NCBI GenBank assembly: GCA_045568075.1
Contig: JBJLBP010000001.1
Coordinates: 600,001-632,000, forward strand
Reading direction: 5' to 3'
Length of the DNA: 32,000 nucleotides
Origin: Candidatus Thalassarchaeaceae archaeon
GTDB lineage: Archaea > Thermoplasmatota > Poseidoniia > Poseidoniales > Thalassarchaeaceae
The position numbers and the translations under genes are program-made. The notes under the pieces were generated by a model, which saw only the letters and a program-made list of their open reading frames with translations, was not told the origin of the DNA and did not search any database. This document shows, one piece after another, positions 17,115 through 23,422 of the stretch (within the stretch, counting starts at the first letter, position 1; each line of letters begins with the position of its first letter).

Positions 17115-18674
17115 CTATTTTCTCCGAACGAATCCCAAAAAGAAGCCCTCTGTTGCAGATATTTGCAGTCGATTATTGCTTCTTACAATATATCTTACAT
17201 TCGCCCTATCTGCCATGTGTTTCCTACGCCCTGTTTTAGAGTTGAATTCACTTAATGCCTCCTTTAGTGTAGTATTTAATTCGTTGAAAATCGGGCCATC
17301 AATCACGTTGATTGTCTTTTTCAATACAGGTAGGTCATACTTTTCTTTCAATAGGAACGAAAGATCAATCTTCACTGTAGAAGGTTGTTCAGATTCAATT
17401 AAATCCATCAATGCAAATTTTTTGTATAGCGATTCAAGGTATTTTTTATGGAATTCATCCGAGTTCTTCGTTAATCTTTGTTTTGATTGCTGAGCGTTAT
17501 TAGCCTCATCTCTGAGTTCATCAACTCGGGCACTAATTTCAGTCATCTTGTCATGTTTTTTTTGTGCCTTTTCTACAGAACTCATTACTTTCTTGTGAGA
17601 TTCTTCTTGTTTTTTCCTTACTTCTATAATGGCCTTTAGATTGCCTTCAAGTCTAGTGTTTTTCAATTCCACATCGATTTTCTTTCTATCTGCTTTTGAC
17701 TTCTTCACTAATTGGTTTAATTTATCTCTTTCTTCCTTTAATTTCTTTACCTCTATGATATGTTCTTTGACTTGGGCATTGATGCTATTTCTCAGTTTTA
17801 CTTTCTCTTTCACTTTGGAATTTTCTTCGTTTCTTTGATTTCTTCGATCTTTAACTAACTGTTTCAATTCTTTGAATAACTGCATTTTTTCCGATAATTT
17901 CAGGCGTCTCAAAGATTCAACCTCTTCATCATCCAACCTTAATGACGAGTGTTTCTCAATCCACTCGCCATCCTCGTAGGACCAGGTCTTGCCCTTGGGT
18001 GCGTGGCCCTTGGGGCGAGGGTTCTGAGCCTTGAGTGCAGCAAGCGCCTCACGCTCAGCTTTCTTCTCAGCCTTGGCGAGCTTCTTTGCCTCAGCTGCCT
18101 CAGCCTTGTCGAGCTTCTCCTCAGCTTTCTTGGCCGCTGCTACAGTGGGTGAGGATTGGGATTTTTCCGCTGTTTCATCGGAATCGATACCCTGTACAAT
18201 CACCAACTTATCTCCAAATTGAGGATTAGGAATAAATTCGTCATCAACGAAAATGAACCCGCATCGACCGTTCTTGTACCATTTATCAAATTCCTTTAGC
18301 TTGTTGCCTTTCAATTTCAAACGGTGATCTCGAAAAAGGTCGTTTGTTACAATAATTGCATTTTTACTCATTGCCCATGATAGCATGTATGCGTCATCAT
18401 CGCCAGATACTGGGATGATTACCCGATCCTTTTGTGGAATTTCACTCTCAAATGTCTCAATGTTTGCCATTATATGATCTGGTTTTTTTGGATTTCTAAG
18501 CTTCCTTTGCATAACAAAAACTTTGACATCATGACCTTCATTCTCCCAATACTTGTATGCTTCTACAGCACCCAGACCATCTCCTAGACTGTTTATATTT
18601 TGCAAAAAGTGACAAGCCACATTTGCACAGTCAAGGACAACTTTTCTTTTCGTTTTCTTACTCAATCTAATCAC
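17115..18674 (-). CDS. Zc3h12a/Regnase-type NYN (PIN-like) ribonuclease fused to a long K/E-rich coiled coil and an unknown C-terminal domain
   Basis: GTG start; no in-frame ATG upstream of the domain. Residues 11-150: KVVLDCANVA...VKVFV...IPVSGDDDAYMLSWA...AIIVTNDLFRDH...GFIFVDDEFIPNP. Residues ~245-425 carry heptad-like K/E repeats (KEERDKLNQLVKKSKADRKKIDVELK...). Confidence 0.75.
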   Translation of the reverse strand: MIRLSKKTKRKVVLDCANVACHFLQNINSLGDGLGAVEAYKYWENEGHDVKVFVMQRKLRNPKKPDHIMANIETFESEIPQKDRVIIPVSGDDDAYMLSWAMSKNAIIVTNDLFRDHRLKLKGNKLKEFDKWYKNGRCGFIFVDDEFIPNPQFGDKLVIVQGIDSDETAEKSQSSPTVAAAKKAEEKLDKAEAAEAKKLAKAEKKAEREALAALKAQNPRPKGHAPKGKTWSYEDGEWIEKHSSLRLDDEEVESLRRLKLSEKMQLFKELKQLVKDRRNQRNEENSKVKEKVKLRNSINAQVKEHIIEVKKLKEERDKLNQLVKKSKADRKKIDVELKNTRLEGNLKAIIEVRKKQEESHKKVMSSVEKAQKKHDKMTEISARVDELRDEANNAQQSKQRLTKNSDEFHKKYLESLYKKFALMDLIESEQPSTVKIDLSFLLKEKYDLPVLKKTINVIDGPIFNELNTTLKEALSEFNSKTGRRKHMADRANVRYIVRSNNRLQISATEGFFLGFVRRK

Positions 18675-18794
18675 GCGGCTTTCATTTTTGTGTCAGGTAA
18701 ATCGTAGACTAAGCTAGGAAGACCAACATGACTACAAAATCGGAGTATTATTAATTCTACGATTCATCAAATCACTACTGTATGCTGATTGAGA

Positions 18795-19451
18795 TCAGAA
18801 CTGTAAAGGAAATTCTTCATCCCCAATCCAGTATCGTTTGAGCAAACGATTTGAGTCATCAAGTATAGCAGTACGGCCATGTAGCATACGCCCATTATCT
18901 ACCACTAGACATTCTCCTGGATTGAGTTTTAAACACTCAGGAGTAGCCTCTTTCACTGCCTCGTTGAAAGCATCAAAAGCCAATTTTTGTTCATTCGATA
19001 ATTTCTCTTTAGCCAACCAAAATCCTGTTGGTTCAAATAATACTGAATAATATATTCTGTCACCAATTGAAGTCTCGTAAATTAGAGGATGATATCCTAA
19101 GTCACCCTTGAAAATAGCATGCTCCTTTAGATGGATGCTACGGAGGCACTCCCTTATTTCCGAACTCATGGATCTGAAAATACGCAAACCATCGACCATT
19201 ATTGACTGTCCACCCTTTGAGTCTTGAGTTATACAATGCCACAATATGTAATGGGATAAATGGTGATCGGTATGTGGTGGTAGACCTTCTGAAGAAGTCA
19301 CCAATGCAGGATTCGTTCTAACTATTCTAACGTCATTCTCCATGATGGTATAACCGAGGTGGCTTATCAATTCCGGAATGTCATAATTTTCAATTGAAAA
19401 CTGACTCCAACCTTGAAAATTCAAATCTTCCAATATGCGCTCAATCGTCAT
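18795..19451 (-). CDS. Small TauD/TfdA-family (gamma-butyrobetaine-hydroxylase-like) Fe(II)/2-oxoglutarate dioxygenase
   Basis: 218 aa. LPPHTDHH supplies the H-x-D iron ligands. CLVVDNGRMLHGRTA matches the family C-terminal DN.R.LHGR (distal His plus 2OG-binding Arg). Confidence 0.7.
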   Translation of the reverse strand: MTIERILEDLNFQGWSQFSIENYDIPELISHLGYTIMENDVRIVRTNPALVTSSEGLPPHTDHHLSHYILWHCITQDSKGGQSIMVDGLRIFRSMSSEIRECLRSIHLKEHAIFKGDLGYHPLIYETSIGDRIYYSVLFEPTGFWLAKEKLSNEQKLAFDAFNEAVKEATPECLKLNPGECLVVDNGRMLHGRTAILDDSNRLLKRYWIGDEEFPLQF

Positions 19452-19468
19452 TGCTATTATTACGCAAG

Positions 19469-19479
19469 AATTATATTTT
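19469..19479. promoter_or_regulatory. Single central TATA-like box in a 47-bp divergent intergenic region
   Basis: AATTATATTTT is centred at ~19474. The two start codons (19451 complement, 19499) have their midpoint at 19475, so the box is ~24 bp from each. This is consistent with two leaderless transcripts. Confidence 0.5.
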
Positions 19480-19498
19480 CATTTATTCCTGTCGGTTC

Positions 19499-19939
19499 AT
19501 GGCACAAGTAGTAACTGTCAACCTTCGAGACCGAGCCGTTCGTTCCGAAAACATACCTGAAGATTGGACTGAAGAGAAAATAGATGACGCAATTCAGCGT
19601 TATGAGAAATTCTTCCTATTGGCAGCAAAACACCCTGAGAAGTCGATAGCACCGACGAGAGATATAGATGAGATCTGGCATCTTCACATGCTCAGTCCGG
19701 TTGCTTATTACAGGGATTGCATCTCCCTGATGGGAAAAATCCTCGACCATGATGGTGGTTTTGGTGCAGTTCCAGAGGAGTTGCCACAACTCGAACAGAC
19801 ATTCATGAATACTTCGAAATTGTGGGAAGAAGAATATGGAACTCCTTATGTCGGGGATCCCGATACTCAATTGGATGATGATATGAAGAAATGTTGGCAT
19901 AATTGTCAGAGCAGATGTCACAATGCTTGCAAGTCCTGA
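19499..19939 (+). CDS. GRDP/DUF1399-like protein with C-terminal C-x3-C-x3-C-x3-C tail
   Basis: The track start (19394) would overlap the divergent gene; the in-frame ATG is at 19499. IAPTRDIDEIWHLHMLSPVAYYRDCISLMGKILDHD matches the GRDP-like core (P..dID..WH.H.L.p..Y..dC...g..l.H). The tail is KKCWHNCQSRCHNACKS. Confidence 0.6.
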   Translation: MAQVVTVNLRDRAVRSENIPEDWTEEKIDDAIQRYEKFFLLAAKHPEKSIAPTRDIDEIWHLHMLSPVAYYRDCISLMGKILDHDGGFGAVPEELPQLEQTFMNTSKLWEEEYGTPYVGDPDTQLDDDMKKCWHNCQSRCHNACKS

Positions 19940-19955
19940 GGCCCTCTGATTCAGT

Positions 19956-20351
19956 TCAACCGACCAAACGAAGCGAAGGCCCGCTTGTCACTTCGATATA
20001 CGAGCCGCCTGAACTAACCAATCGCTCCTTCAGTCTCCTGTCAACAGTCAAGACTGGCCAACCCGATTCAACTGAAAGCTCAACCAACATATCGTCAGTA
20101 TGCTTCATCCCTTCAATATCTGACATCTTCTCAGATCTCTGCTCAAGCAAGTCGAGTAGTAGACCGCCGCGTGTCTGCGACAATTTCTGTAATTCACTAT
20201 CCACTGAATCCAGAACCAACAATCTAGGGGCTCCAGCAACTGAAGCCATTGCAACGTCAAGATTCAATCTAGCATCGACCAATGCGACCCAGCCACAAGC
20301 GTCGATGAGGACGCTCGACATCACTTCACCCCGTGATGGTTCCATGACCAA
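19956..20351 (-). CDS. PIN-domain protein, Fcf1/Utp24-like (archaeal COG1412 type)
   Basis: VLIDACGW, LDSVDSELQKL, HTDDMLVEL and VLTVDRRLKERL give the four acidic PIN positions. It lies immediately downstream of aIF2-gamma, the conserved archaeal neighbourhood. The start is uncertain: 20351/20345 overlap the eif2g end, while Met11 at 20321 lies 5 nt after its stop. Confidence 0.7.
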   Translation of the reverse strand: MVMEPSRGEVMSSVLIDACGWVALVDARLNLDVAMASVAGAPRLLVLDSVDSELQKLSQTRGGLLLDLLEQRSEKMSDIEGMKHTDDMLVELSVESGWPVLTVDRRLKERLVSSGGSYIEVTSGPSLRLVG

Positions 20352-21573
20352 TTAGGCGCCAGCGCGTTCCGATGCGGCGTGAGAGTGTGATGCGGCTACC
20401 AGCTAGAGCGCAGATAGGAAGACGCAGGCGCAGTGTCGTCTTCTTGCCTTTGATTGCAGTGACCTGACCGACGCTTGTCGCCGTTGCCGAATTGACCATG
20501 AGCATCTCGTTCGGCTGTAGCGGGCGGACCTTTTCAGGTGCGTCATTTCCGCTCGCGACCATGTGCTCAAGCAGGTCAAGGTCGAGTTTGAATTCCTCCC
20601 AAATTGGAGGAAGTTCACCCTCGCGTGCCATAACTTGGCCAGACAAATCGTCAGCTTTCGTGACCATCGGATCCATTGGTGTGGCGACTCCACAGAGTCC
20701 ACCAGCGTGAATGGTCTCGAGGTCGAGCCCACCACCCTGAACCGATTCGATAACGGTCTTGATTGGTTCCCATCGAGTCTTGTTTCCTTCTTTGATTCGG
20801 CGACCGGGTGCGATGAGGATACTGTCGCCGACGGAGAATTCTCCCTTTACCACCGAGCCACCGATGATTCCACCGCGCAACTTCGCTGGTCTCGTACCTG
20901 GTCGATTGATGTCGAAGGAGCGAGCCACATACATCAGTGCCTCCTCCTTCTTACCGTGTTCCGGGGTAGGGATTGTCTCTTCAATCGCTTGAATCAAGAT
21001 GTCCAGATTGACATCATGGTGAGCAGAGATTGGGATGATCGGCGCGTTATCTGCGACGGTTCCTGAGATGAATTCCTTGATTTCGTTGTATGAATCGATG
21101 GCGCGCTCGCGAGACACAAGATCGATTTTGTTCTGAACAACAACCACATTCTCGATACCCGCGATTTGCAGTGCAGCCAGATGCTCACGAGTCTGTGGCT
21201 GCGGGCACTTCTCGGTTGCAGACACTAGAAGCAACGCGCCATCCATAATCGACGAGCCTGAAATCATCACAGCCATCAGCGTCTCGTGACCAGGCGCGTC
21301 GACGAAAGAGACGACTCGAAGCAATTCCTTCTCATTGTCTTCTTTCCCATCAGGGCGCTTGCCCTTTGGATAGAAATCCCCCTTCTTGGTTTTGTAAAAG
21401 GCGGTGTCGGCATAGCCGAGTTTGATGCTGATACCTCTCTTCCTCTCTTCGGAGTGGGTATCTGTCCAGACTCCGGAGAGAGCCCGTGTGAGCGTTGTTT
21501 TGCCGTGGTCGACGTGACCGACCATACCAATGTTGACTTCAGGCTGACTAGGGAGTTGACTTGCCAGACTCAT
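20326..21573 (-). CDS. eif2g: Translation initiation factor aIF2 gamma subunit
   Basis: QPEVNIGMVGHVDHGKTTL (G1), VDAPGHE (G3), VQNKIDL (G4), zinc-knuckle region, domains II/III. The track uses GTG 21591. ATG 21573 is preceded by AGGAG and gives the usual short N-terminus. Confidence 0.95.
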   Translation of the reverse strand: MSLASQLPSQPEVNIGMVGHVDHGKTTLTRALSGVWTDTHSEERKRGISIKLGYADTAFYKTKKGDFYPKGKRPDGKEDNEKELLRVVSFVDAPGHETLMAVMISGSSIMDGALLLVSATEKCPQPQTREHLAALQIAGIENVVVVQNKIDLVSRERAIDSYNEIKEFISGTVADNAPIIPISAHHDVNLDILIQAIEETIPTPEHGKKEEALMYVARSFDINRPGTRPAKLRGGIIGGSVVKGEFSVGDSILIAPGRRIKEGNKTRWEPIKTVIESVQGGGLDLETIHAGGLCGVATPMDPMVTKADDLSGQVMAREGELPPIWEEFKLDLDLLEHMVASGNDAPEKVRPLQPNEMLMVNSATATSVGQVTAIKGKKTTLRLRLPICALAGSRITLSRRIGTRWRLIGHGTITG

Positions 21574-21587
21574 CAACTCCTGCCGTT

Positions 21588-22085
21588 TCACTCCTCTTCG
21601 TCAGAGGACTTCTTGGCAGCGGCCTCTTCCTCGAGGCCGAAGATCACTGGCAGGGTTCGCTTCCCTGCCTCGACGACCTTCAGATTGATCTGACGTGTAT
21701 CTTGACTGATGACGTTGCCGCGGAGGTTGCGTCGGCGGCGGATTCCGTCGTACTTGTAGCGGTAGACTTGCGCGTTCTTCTTGACGTAGCGCTTGCCTTT
21801 GTAGCCGACTCCTGGTGAGACGAGGACCGACTTCACGCCGGGTCCATCGAGGTCCGGGCGCATTGCGCGACCGGTAACGTCGGAGCCGCCAGTAATTTCC
21901 AATTTGTAGCCAGAAAGTGATCCGTCACCCTCTCCCACAAACATGCCATCTACTGCGTCTCCGATGCTCTTGCCGAGGAAGTGATTGTAGTTCGAACCGG
22001 TGATATCTACCGAATATGAGCGACCGCCAGCGACGGGTCGAGTGTCGTTGATAACTGCCTTGAAGGCTTGTTCCTTGCGTGCCAT
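21588..22085 (-). CDS. rps6e: 30S ribosomal protein S6e
   Basis: MARKEQAFKAVINDT...GYKLEITGGSDVTGRAMRPDLDG...RRRRNLRGNVIS. ATG 22085 is preceded by AGGTGA (complement of 22090-22095). The 19-aa upstream extension in the track is unlikely. Confidence 0.9.
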   Translation of the reverse strand: MARKEQAFKAVINDTRPVAGGRSYSVDITGSNYNHFLGKSIGDAVDGMFVGEGDGSLSGYKLEITGGSDVTGRAMRPDLDGPGVKSVLVSPGVGYKGKRYVKKNAQVYRYKYDGIRRRRNLRGNVISQDTRQINLKVVEAGKRTLPVIFGLEEEAAAKKSSDEEE

Positions 22086-22154
22086 GATGTCACCTGAACG
22101 GGCGGGCGACGGGAGACCCCTATAAGAGCGGTTCGGAATCACCTACGGTGACAG

Positions 22155-23330
22155 TCAGCCCCGCAGCAATTCCCTTTCGATTCTGCTTTCGATGGTAGCG
22201 GGCGTTGTATTATTCATCGTAATGTGCTGAGTACGCCCTCGTCCAACGTTGGTTTTCGCTGCTCTCGTCTCGATCAAACCCTCCGTCTCAAGGGACTTCA
22301 GGTGCTTCCAGAATGTTGTGTAACTGCGAGCTTTGACCTCGTTTTCCTCGCAGACGAGCAGGTAGAGCTTCTGTGCATCCCCGCTCGACACCTCCTCTGA
22401 CTTCTTGAGGCGTCGGCAGATGCCGAGGAGAACCAGTTTCTGATGCAAAGAGAGATTGTCGACCGAACTCGGCTCCAGCGAAGACTTGCGCAGAGTACTG
22501 GGCCGGACATCCTCGGGCAGAACTTCGCCACGGCCGGCCTTCTCAGCGCGACGAATCGATGCGTCGAGTAGCTCGATAGCCATCCGAGCGTCGCCAGATT
22601 CGGCTGCGAAGCGGCCGATTTTAGCAAGAGTTTCGTCGGAGACGCTACCTGTTCTGCAGGCAATCTCGGAGCGCTGTGCAGCGATTCCGGTCAGAGTGTT
22701 AGCATCGTAGGGTTGCATCTCTATGAAATTCGATTGCCCCAATCGAGAGATGATGGCCGGCTCGAAGAGCTTGAGCAGGGTCGAGTTTTGACTGACGAGG
22801 ATTAGGGAGATTGAGCCCTGTTGTTCCCGAGCCTCGTCGATTCGTAGCAACTTGTAGATGATATCCGAAGAATCACGGTTGACTAGAACATCCGCCTCGT
22901 CGAGAATGAGCAGAAGGTGACTCTCGTGCGTGTGGAGGTTGCGGCGAATAGATTGGATGATTTCGCCCGAACTGAATCCTCTTTCGGGGTGTCGGGAATC
23001 GAGGCTGAGGGCAATCTGTTGCAGGACTTGTGAGCCGGTCGGATGATTGCGGCAGTTGACGTGAGTGATGACGATTCTTCGTCGACCGTCGAGATGGCGT
23101 TGGATGTCATCTGCAAAACGTTGGGTGAGGACGGTCTTACCCGAGCCGACCGGTCCCACAACTACGGCTCGACAACTCGTGTCGTGATTCTCAATCTGCG
23201 CGAATATAGACGCCATGTCGCTGAGTTCATCGTCACGACCGACCAAAGCAGGAGGGATCCAGTCGTAAGACAGGGGCCCTTTGTCAAGCAGGACTTTGCC
23301 TGCTCCGATGCGGTCGAGGTATCCAGCCAT
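22155..23330 (-). CDS. cdc6: Orc1/Cdc6 replication initiator
   Basis: LVGRDDEL, Walker A GPVGSGKTV, Walker B LLLILDEAD, sensor-2 SGDARMAIELLDAS, C-terminal winged helix (LHQKLVLLGI...LETEGLIETR). Confidence 0.95.
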   Translation of the reverse strand: MAGYLDRIGAGKVLLDKGPLSYDWIPPALVGRDDELSDMASIFAQIENHDTSCRAVVVGPVGSGKTVLTQRFADDIQRHLDGRRRIVITHVNCRNHPTGSQVLQQIALSLDSRHPERGFSSGEIIQSIRRNLHTHESHLLLILDEADVLVNRDSSDIIYKLLRIDEAREQQGSISLILVSQNSTLLKLFEPAIISRLGQSNFIEMQPYDANTLTGIAAQRSEIACRTGSVSDETLAKIGRFAAESGDARMAIELLDASIRRAEKAGRGEVLPEDVRPSTLRKSSLEPSSVDNLSLHQKLVLLGICRRLKKSEEVSSGDAQKLYLLVCEENEVKARSYTTFWKHLKSLETEGLIETRAAKTNVGRGRTQHITMNNTTPATIESRIERELLRG

Positions 23331-23374
23331 TCAACTGAGTCGTGCTCTCACCGTTCTTAGAGATATTTGCTGCA

Positions 23375-23412
23375 GCGCGCGCGCATACACACGCTTGTGA
23401 CGCGCGCGTGCG
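23375..23412. repeat. Alternating purine-pyrimidine (GC)n tracts forming an 8-bp all-GC hairpin
   Basis: GCGCGCGCGCATACACACGC (23375-23394) is 20 nt of perfect Pu/Py alternation. ACGCGCGCGTGCG lies at 23400-23412. 23376-23383 pairs with 23401-23408 (loop 17 nt). It sits between the dph2 stop (23423) and the cdc6 start (23330). A TATA-like AAATATC (complement of 23362-23368) follows. Confidence 0.6.
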
Positions 23413-23422
23413 AGGTGCCGAC

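Larger units (their letters stand above)
17007..19955. other. AT-rich three-gene accessory islet
   Basis: Hand counts: 24/60 GC (17281-17340) and 21/60 GC (17641-17700), against 33/60 (13081-13140). Codons shift to AAA/GAA/AGA/ATA/TTA. Flanked by housekeeping genes. Confidence 0.6.

Noticed and set aside
17055-17255. 66-aa + strand ORF at the left edge of the islet
   Set aside because: It overlaps the 3' end of the NYN gene on the opposite strand, has low-complexity hydrophobic content, and has no RBS or promoter context.
19394-19498. 35-aa N-terminal extension of the GRDP-like ORF as given in the track
   Set aside because: It would overlap the divergent dioxygenase gene and the shared promoter, and it encodes implausible sequence (NYIFIYSCRF). 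The in-frame ATG at 19499 gives a sensible start.
17007-19955. Interpreting the AT-rich islet as a provirus, IS element or integrative element
   Set aside because: I could find no integrase, transposase or capsid-like genes, no adjacent tRNA, and no direct or inverted terminal repeats at the boundaries. I keep it only as a compositional islet.
22086-22142. 19-aa upstream extension of rps6e, and the similar 6-aa GTG extension of eif2g at 21574-21591
   Set aside because: Internal ATGs are preceded by AGGTGA / AGGAG boxes and reproduce the usual N-termini (MARKEQ..., MSLASQLPSQPEVNIG...).
23331-23422. Replication origin adjacent to cdc6
   Set aside because: The gap is only 92 bp, is GC-rich rather than AT-rich, and holds no repeated ORB-like boxes. 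It is reported instead as a GC hairpin / Z-DNA-prone element.
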